In this document: in pieces, positions 1-15,767 of the stretch
Numbering within the stretch: the first letter of the stretch is position 1
How the letters are laid out: every line of letters begins with the position of its first letter
Assembly (NCBI RefSeq): GCF_009914755.1
Contig: NC_060928.1
DNA length: 64,000 nt
Reading direction: 5' to 3' (one strand)
Origin: the human T2T-CHM13v2.0 reference genome, Homo sapiens
The notes under the pieces: generated by a model
What the model saw: only the letters and a program-made list of their open reading frames with translations
Told to the model about the DNA's origin: nothing
Database searches by the model: none
Program-made: the position numbers and the translations under genes

Positions 1-639
1 TTTTTTTAAATCACCACTATCAGCGGTGCGTTCTAAAAAGATACTCTTCCGCCCTCGCTACTCCCCCCAGTGGTGCCCTAATTTGTACCTTAAAACGCTC
101 ACCTCAATCTGAGTACCTGCTATGTGTCAAGCAGAGAGCTAAAAACCCACACGTGGCCTCACTTAAACTTCCCATTGACAGCCAGAGAAGCAGGCACAAC
201 GAGGCCGGCGTGCCCTGGCTGTGGGGGTTGCATCCAGATCACGGCGGATCTGGGTCGGCCTGACCCCACAGCGCTGCACTTTTCCCTGCCGCACCACCAC
301 CACGTCTCTGGCTTGTTGTGAAACGTGCAGATGTAAGACACAGGAGATGGAAGTCATGCCCCCCTCGGTTCAGAATTGAGAAGTCTGACCTGTTCCTGCT
401 TGTCCTCACTGGCCAGTGCCAGGTGCTCAGAAAGGTCCGTGGGCTCCATGACCACTTTATTCCAACAGACGCGATGTGAGCCTAGGCGCGCTGGCATCTA
501 AGATTTCTCTTAGTTGGGGGTAGGGTCCATGTTTATTTTTGAGTAACTGATTGATTTTCCCTACTCTCCTCTTCCTACCACCCAGTCGACCCTCTGAAGG
601 GCAAAACCCCTCTGGAGTTTCCCCTTATCTCCAATTCCT

Positions 640-1200
640 TCCCACTTGTTCTTTCTGGAAACTACTCCCATCAGATTTTCACCCAACCACTCCTCTGAAG
701 CTCTTTATCAAAGTCATCCTTGACCTTGATGTTGCAAAATCCGATGATCGGGGTCAGCGCTCATCTCTTCCTTGAACTGTCACTACCACGTGACCCAGCC
801 GACTGTGCCCTCTCCGTGACACAGCATCCTCACTTGGCTGAAACAGATCCCACTGTCCACTTCTCCTCCTCGCTCCTGGCCACTCCTGCTTGATCTCCTT
901 GGCTGGATGCCTCCCCTGCTCACCGACCTCTCAACACTGGAGACCCTGGACTCAGTCCTTGGAACCTACTCTATCCACTCCCTCCCTGGGGGATTTCCTA
1001 CAGTTACATGGTTTTATAAACAACCATTTTCTCCCAAACTTCTCAAAACCTATATCTCTAGCCTCAACCCTGAAACTCCAGACCTGTTTACCTGTTCTTC
1101 ACCATTTGGACGCCTAACAGATCCTCTCAAATTTAACGTGTCCCAAACCACACTCTCAGTCTTCCCCCATAAAACCTGCTGCTCCCAAAGCCATCATTTC
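640..1200 (+). mobile_element. L2 LINE fragment (reverse-transcriptase region)
   Basis: ORF 551..775 reads ...SDFHPTTPLKLFIKVILDLDVAKS..., a decayed form of the L2/CR1 RT motif GFRPxHSTETALxKVTNDLxxA. The pyrimidine-rich sequence after it (ctcaaatttaacgtgtcccaaacc) is typical of L2. Confidence 0.75.
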
Positions 1201-1384
1201 TTCAGCACAGGATCTTGGGGTAGACACTTGATGGGCTTGTCCACTGAGTGAATGGCTGTTCTCTGTGGGTCTATCCTTGGCCAACTCCAAGGCCTGGAGC
1301 AGTTGTATCTGCTCAGAGGCTCCCTTCCTGTGTTTTATAGTTTGAAATTGTGCATGGGATGAAGGCTGAACTTGGGGAAGTGGG

Positions 1385-1853
1385 GTATCAGTTAGGTTTA
1401 GCTGCATGTATTGAAAAATCCCAACATCACAGTGGCCTAAACAAGAATATTACTCATATTTTTATAAAAGAGGTCCATGGAGAGGCAATCGTGGTTGGTA
1501 TGGCAGCCCTAAAGTCCTCAAGGATCAGCTTTTCTATCTGCCATTCACGTTTCTTCATGATCCAGGATGGCTGCCCACATTCCTGCCATCACCTCCTCGG
1601 CCCAGGAACCAGCTGCAAAAGAGAAGATGGATATGCCTCTCTCGTTCAGGGAGACTTTCCAGAAGTCTCACACCTTTCCACTTCTTGAAGGTGGTGGGAG
1701 AACTTAGCCACACAACCATGCCCCAGCTGCCAGGGAGGCTGGGAAATGCCATCTTTCAATTGGGCAGCAGTAGACCCAGCTAAAAATCAGAGTTTTCTTA
1801 TTTGGGAGGAAAGGGGTAGTGGAGATTGAAAAGCAACTAGCAAAAGCTGCCAC
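1385..1853 (-). mobile_element. Old MaLR solo LTR (MLT1J/K/L-like)
   Basis: Starts tatcagttagg...cagtggcctaaacaag, contains ggatggctgcc and gggaggctgggaaatg, ends gcaactagcaaaagctgccac: the reverse-strand MLT1 pattern. Confidence 0.6.
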
Positions 1854-2104
1854 GTGGGGTTGTGCTTTAAGCACAAGCCATAGGGGCATGACTTGGTAGC
1901 AACCCTTAGGAGACTGGCTTTAATCGGGAGAAAAGACTATATTTTAATTAACATACATTTGAGATCTTAGGTAAATGAGTTATCTCCTAGTGGTTGAGAG
2001 TGTTGAGCTGTTTTGTGTCTGATGGAATTTAAACCTCCTCATATAATCTCATTTGTGTCTATAAAATATTTCCTAAGGAAAGAGAAGCTTTAGTCTGCCC
2101 ACCC

Positions 2105-2418
<314 letters not shown>

Positions 2419-2548
2419 TAAAGTTGCCTTAAATATAAGATAGTCAAGTCCTGATCAATGGAGTTAAAATCAATATGAGAAAAAAATCTTTAAACTTGAG
2501 AATTAAATCCCACTTCCCACATAGATGGTACTTCACTATTAAAGCTGA

Positions 2549-2806
2549 ACTTTGGAATGCTCAGGTGGGAGGATCGCTTCAGGCCAGGAGTTCAAGACCA
2601 GCCTGGGCAACATAGTAAGACCCCTGTCTCTACAAAAAAAAAAAAAAAATTAAGCACAAAATTAGTCGGGCGTGGTAGTACATGCCTAGAGTCCCAGCTA
2701 CCCTGGAGGCTGAGGCAGGAGGATCACTTGAGCTGCAGTGAGTTATCATCGAGCCACTGCACTCCAGCCTGGGTGACAGAGTGAGACCCTAAATCAGGAA
2801 AAAAAT
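2549..2806 (+). mobile_element. AluJ-type SINE (5'-truncated, internal deletion)
   Basis: ggaggatcgctt...gaccagcctgggcaacatag...cactgcactccagcctgggtgacagagtgagacc. Confidence 0.85.
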
Positions 2807-3569
2807 AAAATCAGGCTGAGAATTTGAGAATGCATGAATGTAGCTGAGATGCTGAAAGCAGGCGTCACAGTTGGATGAATTTTAGTACCTATTTCCTCCC
2901 CAAAGAGGTGATTGTTTTGATGAAGTTCCTAGGCTAATTTCAGTGGGATTCAGAATTCAAGCATCTCTTTTCCTTACATTCACCTTCACATACACCTGCT
3001 CTGCGCCAGATTCAGGGGTGCAGAGGCCCCGCCCCAGGGACCTTCAGGCCGGACAGTGAACCAGGGTTCCAGGGGCAGGGCAGGACAATTTGAGTCAGGC
3101 TGGACTCCAAAGGAGCTCTTCACCCCCGTCCCCATCTTCAACTTGGTTTGTCCATTTATTCCTTCCAGTTCATTCCTACCAGGTCCGCCCTGGATTGGGG
3201 GGCGGGCTTGGCATGGCCCTCTTCCTCCTCCTCGATTTGCATCACCAAAGGGTACCTAGGATCATCCTTTCTCCAGAATGCTCCAGCTCCAGGACAGGGG
3301 GAGACGGCAGGGAAACTGTTCCACCTTGGCAGCAGCTCCCACCACACACATGCAGACCATCCACTCTCACCGCCCCCACCAGGCGCAAGAAGGGGCCCTT
3401 TTCCTGGGTGTATACCCTGTTCCTCCAGGCAGAGCTGTATCCAGAGCAGATTCAAAAAGGCTGGGGCAAGGGGACCCCATCCCAGGGCAGCCTGACCCAC
3501 AACGTGACGTGGAGGCAGGGCAAGAAAACTCACTCTTTAACATTGTTTCTCTAGAAGTAGACCTTTACA

Positions 3570-3747
3570 TTTATTTATTAGACAGGATCTCAATGTGTCA
3601 CCCAGCCTAGAGTGTGGTAGCACAGACATAGCCCAAAGCACCTTCAACCTCCTGGGCTCAAGGGATCCTCCCACCTCAGCCCCCCAAGGAGCTAGGACTA
3701 CAGGCGTGCCACCACACCTGAGTCATTCTTTAATTTTTTTGTAGAGA
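3570..3747 (-). mobile_element. AluJ/FRAM right-arm fragment
   Basis: cctgggctcaagggatcctcccacctcagc...gctaggactacagg. Confidence 0.8.
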
Positions 3748-4890
3748 AGTCCCCAGTTACGCTGTGGAGTTTTAAAAAACGTCTCAGTGTGGCTGACCCT
3801 GGCGAAGATGGGGAGTGGGATTTGTGAGCTGTGAGCTCACTGCCTACAGGGAGCCCCCACTGCTCTCAGCAATGCCTGGAGTGAAAGCCACAAGTCCCCC
3901 CTCCCCAAAGAGCAATGCCCCAGAAAAGTGCTTCCTGCTGCCAGCAGCCTATTGCCCCCTGGCTGTGTTATGGCTGCCTGGATCCACCTACCCACCAGGG
4001 TTGGCCACCACGCCCACACTGCACCACACCGCACCGCACCCCTGCCATACTGGTGGCCTGGCCTGCTGGGACCCTCCCGAGGAGAGGGGCTGAATTCAGA
4101 GAGAGCAGGGACTTAGGGTGAGCCTGTCACAAGCTTAAGGCCCTGCCCTGAGTATTCCTGCCTTGGCAGGCTCAGGGGAGGGTGCTCAGTGGGCCTCCTG
4201 GGCCTTTCTGCTCACAGCTGTTGAAATCCCCACGCCAGAGACTCAGCTAGAGGGGATCAGAGGAGAGTGAAAGGACCCTGAGGCTGGGGTGGGGTGTGGG
4301 TGGTCTCTCTTCCATGGCCCAGCCTTCCAAGAAGCAAAGGTTTCCCGCAGGATGGGCTGAGGCAGCTTAGGTGGCAGGTCCCCAGGGGCAGGCCATGAAG
4401 GGGGTGGGAACCCTCAGAGGGTCTGGGCAGCCTCACCCACAAACCTCTCTCATCTTGCCCAGGCAAGCCTGGCTGCAGCATCTAGATTTCAGCATCTGTG
4501 GATTTGCGGGTTTAATGGCTTCTGATCTGGTGTTCTCCAAGCCAGCAGCATCACTGTCTCTTCCCTTGCCCCGAATCATCAGGACCGCACTGGCGCAGGA
4601 ACGCACCTCCAGGCAGCCTTGCTGGTCTCCAGACATGGGGTGGGGGGAGGGGGACCCAGCCGGGGCCCAGGGCAGGCTCCCGGGCAGTGACGGTCCTGGC
4701 TGTGCCAGAGGCTCATGCTCGCTTTGTTCTGGGAGGCCTGGTCTCCAGGGCCTGTTTTCAGCACCAGGGCTTCAAGCCAGATTTCCAAATTCCAAGCGGC
4801 CTTTCTTCTGGCCTCCTTAGAGAGAGGCTCCTGCTGGCCTCTGTGTCCATGCACAGCCAGGCTGGTCCCTAAAGCAGCCCCTAAAAGGAC

Positions 4891-5226
<336 letters not shown>

Positions 5227-5579
5227 ACAGCCCATGTCAGGCCTCAGGTGGTGCAGCCAGCAGGGAGGTGGGGACACAGGCCCTGGGCTGATGCCATCCC
5301 TAGCCAGGTCCAGCGTCACAGCCTCTTTCCCTAACTGTGCAGCTAAACCCACTCACAGAACATGCCAGGTGCTCCTCCTGGAGACACCCCCGGGAGCCCC
5401 TGCCCTCCTGCTCTGTCCTTGTCCTGCCAGCCAGTGTCACCTTGGGGCTACCTGCATCGCAGCCTGGAAATTCCCCACAACGACAGTCACTTGGGTTCAG
5501 CCCCTGCTTCCCAGGGCACCCCCAGCCGAGACTCCTCTGCATCCCTGACTCTTCCTGCACTGAACGTGTTCGGGGCGTC

Positions 5580-6050
5580 CCTGGCTCTGAAATATCATGA
5601 CTCATTCCCTGTGCTAAGCTGCCAGTGGGCCTTGTCCGTCCAGAAGACCGCATCCTTCAGTTCTAGGGCGTTTTCTTGTTATTTCTCTCTCTTGTCTCTC
5701 TGGAACTCCTGTTAATTGGGGTTTGGACCTTCAGGAATCGTTCCCTGATTTTCTTAGCGTTTTCCCCTACTTTCTATAGCTTCATCTTTTTCTACTCAGG
5801 GAGATTTCCTCAACTTTACCTTCCGTCTCCTGTTTATGTTTTTAGTTCTGTCATCGTATTTTGGTTTTCACGAGCCCTCTCTTTTTCTCCAGCCATTGCT
5901 TGTTCCTTGGACGCTGTATCTCCTCTTCTCTTGCATGGCAGTGCCTGGTTTCTAGGCTTTTTCCTGCCTTGTGCATCGTTTTCTCCTGGTTCTTTTCTTA
6001 TGGTTTCTATGTTTCATGTCAGAGATTTCTCTAAAGTGTCTGGTGACACC
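5580..6050 (-). mobile_element. Old L1/HAL1-like fragment
   Basis: T-rich decayed sequence (ccttcagttctagggcgttttcttgttatttct...ctctggaactcctgtt...gggagatttcctcaacttta) typical of antisense ancient L1ME/HAL1. Confidence 0.5.
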
Positions 6051-7064
6051 TGGCCTCCCCTTCTCTCTGAGTCTTGGCCAGGGAGAGAGTCAGGGGGCAG
6101 GTCAACATGGACCCTTCAGCACGGCCAGGATCGGTGTCTCACCAAGGACCCTCCAGTGTCAGTGGTGGTTGGTGGGGGTCGCTTGCATGTTTTTAGTCAG
6201 TCCCCAGCCTGGAGGGTCCAGGTCTGGGGACTGCTACCTGGGGCTGTTCTAGCTTGTTGCAGGGTAGAGGAGAGGTGCTCCCACTGTCCCCAACTTTGGT
6301 GGCCCTTCAAGCCCAGCCTGGCCCAGAGCAGTGGGTCAGTCATGGAGCAAGAGGAGGGTGAGAAGGGCCCCCCTCTGCCCAGCGCTGCCCTACTGTCCTG
6401 CGTAGTCCAGCTGGAGCCCAGGCCTGCACCACACCCAAGGATGACGGCCTTTGCTGACAGGCCCCGCCTCCTCTGAGGATAGTTTGGGGGCCACATGTTG
6501 TCCTTAGAGCTGGTTCCCAGGGTCCCAGCCTCCCCCTAGGCAGCTTCTCCAAGGTCCCCTGGGAGGGGCTCTGGGCAAGCCTGTCCCCTGGAACTGCTGC
6601 ACCTCTGGAGTGTTCAGTGCCCCCGCAAGCCCTCCCCAGGGCCCTGTTCCCCCATCGTCAGGATGGCGGCGTTGACCCCAGGGACCCCAGGCTCCTTCTT
6701 GCCCCAACCATGTGTGATGAGGTCACCCTCACCCAGGACCTTCTGCTCCCCAGCAGGGCCTGATGAAGAAACCGTCACCTTCCCGGGCAAAGCTGAGGGA
6801 CGCTCAGAGGCTGTTTCGAGAGGTGCCTGTGCTCTCTGCCGTGGGCCCCTTGCAGGGGTCACCCCATCCAGGAGGCATGGCTGTGGGGCCTGAGGGGCAC
6901 TCGGCCAGCTTCGGTCTGTGGTGATGGGGGTGACCTGATGGTGAACTCACCCAGGCCAGCCTGGGCCCCTGAGCCGCAGAGGCCTGCAGGAGACAGTGCA
7001 GGACATGCACCTTGGGGTACCTGCCAGGGCCCTCACTCACATCCGGCCCTCCCCACTGCTGTAG

Positions 7065-7817
<753 letters not shown>

Positions 7818-9199
7818 TGAGGCTCCCGGGGAGCCGAGGGCTGCAGGCTTCTGTACACACCTCCTTCATCTTCCTACCCACACCTGGAAGAAGTCACAGG
7901 CCCACCTGGAGGCTGCCCAACTCCTCAGCTCCTGTCCTCCCATCCCTGGGTTTTCCTCACAGCTCCATCCTGGTCCTGGCACCCCCTGCAACCTCGGCAG
8001 CCCTGCCCCACTCAGGGGCCTCCCTGTCACCTGGTCTCAGCTCCCACCACGAGGTGCTGATCTCACATCCACCACCTGTCAGTGGCATGTGCCTGGGGAA
8101 CAGGAGCTTGGATTGCAGGGCCCCTGCCTCTAGGAATGTGGGACTTGGTCTCCATTGGATGGGGCCTCCAGAGGAAGCTGAGCCCACCAGGGGAAATCCT
8201 GGGGGGCTGTCACATGGGCCATCACCAACCCATCATTGCCCAGGAGCAGGGAGCGGGCACTCGCCCCCTGGAAAGAGGGCGCTCATAGCAAGTGTGCTAA
8301 TTCAGGCTGCCTGCCTGTCCTTGCAGGCCACAGCCCTCTGTGCCGCTGTGCTCTGGATGAACTTGGCCTATGTGCGCTGCTTTTCTGCACGGCCCCTGGG
8401 GGCTGCCCTGGCCATGCTCCAGCTCCCGCTCTCACTACCTGCTCAGGTGCACCTGTGCTGTTCCCCCAGGCCACAGTCTGAGCCCACCTTCCCTTGGGGT
8501 AGAATGAGGGGTTCATCCTTCATTAGCTACCTCTGGGGCAGCCTCAAGAAAGCCCAGAGGGGAGGTGGTGTGAGTGGGTTACAAAGGCTACAGGGGTTGG
8601 GGCCAAGGCCTCTGCCGTAAGAGAAGGCCTGGGGCCCCCACCCATCCCTGCTCCCAGCTTCTGGAAGAGGCGCCTCCTCCGGCTGGGGCCTGGCAGCCAG
8701 CAGGGGCTGGAGAGGGGAGCAGGGCCTGTGTGCAGAGCTGCAGGCCTCCGTGGGCACCTCTCCCTCCACTTCAGCACCCTCTGGCCCCCAGCTCTTTCCC
8801 TGAGCCCCTGAGCACTGTGGGGAAGTGATGCAAACAGCTCGGGCCCAGGTTCATCCACACTCCTCTTCCCAGCTAAGGCCTCAGCACGACGGGCACACCT
8901 CTCATCCCGCCGGCCTGCCCTCGCCTTGCACGTCCAAAACAGACAATAGCGAAGGCCCAGGTCCCCTTGGCCAGAAGCCCGTCCTGGGAGCTGGCGTCAC
9001 CCACCCCACTGCCTGGGCCCACCTGTAGCCCGGCCCCTCTGGCCAGCCCAAGAGCAGCTCCAGCAGCTCCTCCTATCCGTCCCCCTCATTTCCCTCAGGA
9101 TCTTTCCCGTCAGCCACCCGTGCTGCTACGTCTCTCACCCTAAAAACATTTTTTTTAAGTCCTCTGTACTCCCCTGAGGCTCCCGCGGTCCTTCCCTTC

Positions 9200-9940
9200 T
9201 ATCTAACAGATTCCTCGAAGTCCCTGCCACCAGCGGCAGCTCTTCCTCCATCCTCCCTCACACCCCTCCCTGCGGACTTCCCCCACCCCTCCACCCACAG
9301 CGCCAGTCTGGGTCACCCCGCACCCCCTTGTTGCCAAATCCAGTGGGGCAGCCTCAGCTCCTCTGACCCAGCTGACCCCGCCCCCAGCTCCGGGGCCTTC
9401 CGATCAGCTTCCTGGGTACCCCCTGCGCCAGGCCTGCATCTCACCTGGCAGCCACTCCTTCTCAGGCTCGGGCCTCCCCTGTCGGGTGTGCGGGGTGCAC
9501 GGGCTCAGCGGCTGCTCTCTGCTCTCTTTGCTATACACACTCCTGGTCCCCTCGCCTGCTGACAGCTCCTGCTCCTCCCTCCATCCTTGACCTCTCCCGA
9601 GCCTGGACTCACATCTCCTTGGGTGTCCAGTGGGCACCTCCCGTGTGACACGTCAGTAGATGAATGAATCCATGTGACCTCCCCCAGAGCTGCTGATCCG
9701 GGCATCCCCAGTTCAGCCGGCAGCCGCTCCGTCTCCCCTTGCTCCAGTGGGAACCCTGGCGCCTCCTGGGCACCCCCATTCCTCTAGACCACATCTGTTC
9801 ATCATCAGCTCTGCCTTCGACTCTGCCATGTGTGCACTCTGCTCCAGCTGCACTGGTCTCCTAGTGTTTCTGGAACATTCCACGCGCTCCCCACTGCACT
9901 AGCTGTTGCCTCCACCTGGGAAACTTTCCCCCTGATGCTG
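9200..9940 (+). mobile_element. Degenerate L2 fragment
   Basis: L2 landmarks cttgttgccaaatccagtgg, ccactccttctcag, catctccttgggtgtcc, ctgttgcctccacctgggaa. Confidence 0.55.
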
Positions 9941-10129
9941 TCTTGGCCTGCGCAGCCACATAGCACCTTGGCAGGGAAAGGGGTGTGTGTTTACCCCTTC
10001 CTCAAGCAAAAAGTGGTAAAGTTCATGTCTTTATTTCTTGATAATAACCATTACAAAAAAAATGAGTTTGTTACAACAAATAGTTTGGGTTGGGTTTGTT
10101 TTCTATAACCCACAGATTATTAGTGGTAG

Positions 10130-10644
<515 letters not shown>

Positions 10645-10794
10645 TTTTCAGATGCTTTCAAAAGCCCCTCACAAGTCCGAGAGGAATGGTGCATTGGATC
10701 CTGATCCAGTTTGGACAACTCGCTTTCCTCTCCAGCTATCAAGAAATTGTTGCAATTCACTGATTTTGCTAGGCCAAGGCTCAAGAGTGCCACT

Positions 10795-11361
10795 TGCCAG
10801 AAAATTACGCAATACATAAACCAAACGGCAGACTGCGGACAGCAGACTGCGGTGAAATGCCAGAAAATTACGCAATACATAAACCAAACGGCAGACTCCG
10901 GACAGCGGACTGCGGTGAAATGCCAGAAAATTACGCAATACATAAACCAAACGGCAGACTCCGGACAGCGGACTGCGGTGAAATGCCAGAAAATTACGCA
11001 ATACGTAAACCAAACGGCAGACTGCGGACAGCAGACTGCGGTGAAATGCCAGAAAATTACGCAATACGTAAACCAAACGGCAGACTCCGGACAGCGGACT
11101 GCGGTGAAATGCCAGAAAATTACGCAATACATAAACCAAACGGCAGACTCCGGACAGCGGACTGCGGTGAAATGCCAGAAAATTATGCAATACGTAAACC
11201 AAACGGCAGACTCCGGACAGCGGACTGCGGTGAAATGCCAGAAAATTACGCAATACGTAAACCAAACGGCAGACTCCGGACAGCGGACTGCGGTGAAATG
11301 CCAGAAAATTACGCAATACGTAAACCAAATGGCAGACTCCGGACAGCAGACTGCGGTGAAA
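10795..11361. repeat. Minisatellite/VNTR, 63-bp unit x 9
   Basis: Unit TGCCAGAAAATTACGCAATAC(A/G)TAAACCAAACGGCAGACT(C/G)CGGACAGC(A/G)GACTGCGGTGAAA starts at 10795, 10858, 10921, 10984, 11047, 11110, 11173, 11236 and 11299. Units are head to tail with no spacers. Confidence 0.98.
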
Positions 11362-11365
11362 GGCA

Positions 11366-12225
<860 letters not shown>

Positions 12226-12729
12226 ATGTTACAAACCACTGTGGGACTGACTGACCACCTGTCCCTTTGCATCTTGGGTGCACCCAAGGTCAAGTCCAAG
12301 AAGACACATGTTCTTGCTATGAGAGTAATTGGCTCTCGTGCTTTCAATGTGGATTGCCAGTTGGCTTTCCATGGAGATCCACTGCTGCTCTCCTGGGCAG
12401 GTAGGGAGCACTTGTTCCCGTACACCCTCCCCAACCTCATGTGCGGGCAAAAATTATTATCTTTGCCCGTCAAATAGGTGGGAAAAGTCACTTTATTATT
12501 TTTTTTTTTTGAGACACTCCCTCACCTAGGTTGCAGTACAGCTCATGGCCACTTCCACCTCCCAGGTTCAAGCAATTCTCGTGCATGAGCCTCCCAAGTA
12601 GCTGGAATTACAGGCACGAGCCACCACACCTGGCCAGCTTTGTGTATTTATAATCATCGTTTCTCTTGTTATATTTTCCTAAGTTTTGAAGCAAGATGTA
12701 TTTCACTTTGAACCATCTGTTCGGACCGG

Positions 12730-13190
12730 TGTCTGTTAGGAAACTGTGTTTGGATACAACAAAATCCATAAAAGCAGTAGCTTTAATCAATTAAAGGTAT
12801 CTTTGCTCATATGAGAAGCAGTCTGCAGACAGGCAGTCTAGAGTGGGTTCAGCAGCTCCATGATGCCATGAAGAACTCATTCAGTTCCTCTCCATGCAGC
12901 CATCCTTAACATGTACTGTTGCCTCATAGTCACTAAATGGCTGCCCTACCTCCAGCATTGCATCTATATCCCAGGTGAGGAGAGGAGAAAGGCAAACAGT
13001 ATAAGGCATGTGCCAGCTGAATCTACCTTCCTTTCAAGGTGCTTTCTTGGAGGCCACACCTAGCAATTTGTCATTACATTTTGCTGATTAAAACTGTCAC
13101 ATGGCTCTATCATCAAGGAGAGTTGCAAAATATGGTTTTAGCTGGACATATTACCATGCCCAACAGGACGGCATTCTTTCTGTTAAGTGA
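12730..13190 (-). mobile_element. Old MaLR LTR (MLT1-like)
   Basis: ggcagtctagagtgggttcagcagctccatgatgccat...aaatggctgcc...aactgtcacatggc pattern. Confidence 0.55.
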
Positions 13191-14429
13191 GAAGTGCGGC
13201 CCTGCAGCCTCCGTTTCCTTTGCCTACTTTTCTAACTGACTTCAGGCTTTGCATTACTGATGAGCAGGTATTGGTGACATGAATCACAAATCCTGTTGTT
13301 AATTAGCCTCCTGGCCCCACACCCCTCCCCCAACCTGCCCCGGCCTGGACCTGGTCTAGCTCTTCCCCAACCCTGTGAGTCCAGCAGACAAGTGCACTTC
13401 TGGAGGTGCTGAGAAACCCCTGCAGCAGTCTCTAGCGATTGTGAATGCTGGACCCTTTGCTATTGAGTGCCTGCTGCTCTCCCTGGTTGGGGACTGAGGA
13501 GCCCTGAGCTTGACCAAGGCCCAAGATTTTATCACAAACTCAGAGACCCTTGGGCAGCCACAGGCCGGTCTCAGTGACTGAGGCTGGTTCCCCATTAGGA
13601 GCCCACTCCTGTAGCAAGGGCCTCTCCTGCCTCCTCTGGGAGAGAGAACCCACCCGGCCTAGGCCCATCTCTGCTGGCCTGGTCAGAAGGACCTGGTCCA
13701 GCACCCCTGAGGCATGTGTCACCCCTTGCCCCCACCCCCAGGCCCCAGGCCCCTCTCTGTGAATAGGCTGGACACCACGTGTCCTGGCAGCCGCCAGCCC
13801 AGCATCAGTGGCAAGGACCTGGCCGTGGGCCCGGCCCAGCCTGGCGTGGACTGGGATGTCATTTACTGGCTCCTCACTCAGCTCTGCAGCTTCCAGGACC
13901 CTCCGGCCCAGAGTGGCCCTGCCCAACCCGCCTTGCCTGGGGCTGATGGCATAGGGCTCAAGGCTCCGACCTTATGAAAAATGCATGCTCACACTTCCCA
14001 AACACAGACGTCATTGATGAGAAGCGGAGTCGCCGGTGCCTGAGCCGGGGAGGCCAGAGGAGGTTGTCAGCATAGTCCCGCAAAGTCATCACCCTCAGCG
14101 GCCACGCTGACTCACTGCTCTCGGAAGGGTCTGTCCTGGCTCCTGGGCTCCTCTGACAAGATGTTGTCAGTTACACGGGGCGGGGGGGGGACCAGTGCCC
14201 TCGGTGTGGGTACAGCCTGGCAACTGCAGGAAGCTGAGAGGGAAACTGAGGTGCCAGCCTGGCTGTTGAGATCAGAGCCAGCCCCCCGCAGGATCCCCTC
14301 CCAGCAGCTCAGTGGGGGAGCCCTCACCCACCGAGCCCCCTCTCCATGCCCAGCCTCACTCACAGGATGTCACTGGGTCCCCGCGATCTATGTGGAGGCA
14401 GGGCATTCCCTTTCCTCTCTGGCGAGCGC

Positions 14430-14800
14430 CCAGGTGGCCATCTAGCCAAGAAAGGGACAGTAAACAAGCCATGCCGCGACTGGGACAGGCCATGTCCTGC
14501 AAGGGCTGGTCAGAAGCACAGTCCTCACAGCCGTGGGGCGAGTATGCCGGGAGGAGTTCTCAGGCAGAGGGAAAAGCCAGTTCCCTGATGAGGAAACAGG
14601 AGGCCAGTGTGACTGGAACAGCCAGGGCGGGCTGGGGACTCCGAGGGAGCTGGGCACTTCCATGCAGGGCCTCACTGGCCACGGTGAGGAAGGACGCCTG
14701 ACCCGACATCCATCTGAGAAGCCTCGCCCTGACTGCTGGGTCAAAAAGAGACTTGAAGGGGAGCAAGAGGAGAGGCAGGGAGAGCAGCTGGGGTCCCCCA
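14430..14800 (-). mobile_element. L2 fragment
   Basis: caggcagagggaaaagccag...ggaggccagtgtgactggaacag...catgcagggcctcactggccacggtgagga, the antisense L2 3' region. Confidence 0.6.
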
Positions 14801-15767
14801 GCCGAAGGGCCAGGAAGACAGACCGAGAGACACGCTGGGAGTAAGGAACCACGTTTACTGCGCCGCAAGGTTGGCAGGGGCAGGCTTGGGCCAAGCCCAG
14901 GAGGCTGGTTTCAGATGCATTCATGTGATGTCCGCCCCAGTATCCGGGAAAGGCCCAGCGGCAGCAGGATCGAGGTTTCTGAGTTCAGGGATTGAGTTCA
15001 GGGAGCGGGGCCAGCTGGGGTATCCGTTTGGCAATCAGAATGCTGTCAGCCTCGAAGCTGGCTGAGATCACTCAGAAAGTGGATAATGAACAAACGTCAC
15101 CATAGGGGAACTGCACCCTGAGCCCCTCCAATATGTGGAGGTTGAGAAGATAAAGAGGCACCCACAACGGAGCCCTAGAACGAAGGACTGTCCCCGGGAG
15201 AATGTTGCTACCAGCTGGCATTCCAGCAGGAGCCCAAAAGCCAGTCCTGGCGCTCCCAAGAGAAAGGGATTTAAATTTAACACGGGGAACCTTGTGCTTA
15301 AAGCCGTTGCAAGGGCTGGAGGAACTCATGCTGGGTCAGTCCCGGCTCCCAGCTGGTCAGAGCACTGCAGGGAGCAGCTCCCCACCACATCGGGTGGGAC
15401 AGGCAGGGGCGAGCAGAAGGCTCTGGGAAGCCCAGCATCTACCACCCCTGGGGAGCTGAAGAAAAGGCGCATCCCCCAATCTTGCCCCTACCAGTTCTCC
15501 CATAAGTGTATATCTTGTTAGCAGAGCCCAGGCTGCACCCACATCCACAGAGGCAGAGCTGCTGAAGCCTGTAGTTCTCAGGCCTCCAGCCCCTGCACTG
15601 CAGGGACGATGCTAGAAGGGCGTGGGAATGGCCCTATTTGCAGAGCAGTACCCAGATTGTTCTCATTCACATGTGTGGAAACTGAGGCCCCACAAGGTCA
15701 TGTGGCTTGTGCAGAATGCTTCAGGTTAGCTGGTTACCCTGTTATCTTAGTATAAAAGCAACTGAAG

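Noticed and set aside
1-500. Possible promoter or first exon at the window start
   Set aside because: CpG is only moderately enriched and I see no clear exon; it is probably the edge of an island lying left of the window.
5676-6476. 266-aa hydrophobic ORF resembling a membrane protein
   Set aside because: The F/L/S richness comes from T-rich antisense old L1-like sequence; it has a non-ATG start and no exon structure.
10795-11361. CRISPR-like array
   Set aside because: Units are contiguous near-identical 63-mers with no unique spacers, there are no cas genes, and the context is human intronic DNA.
12273-12288. Perfect 16-bp palindrome CTTGGGTGCACCCAAG overlapping CCAAGGTCA
   Set aside because: About one such palindrome is expected by chance in 64 kb, and nothing else supports it.
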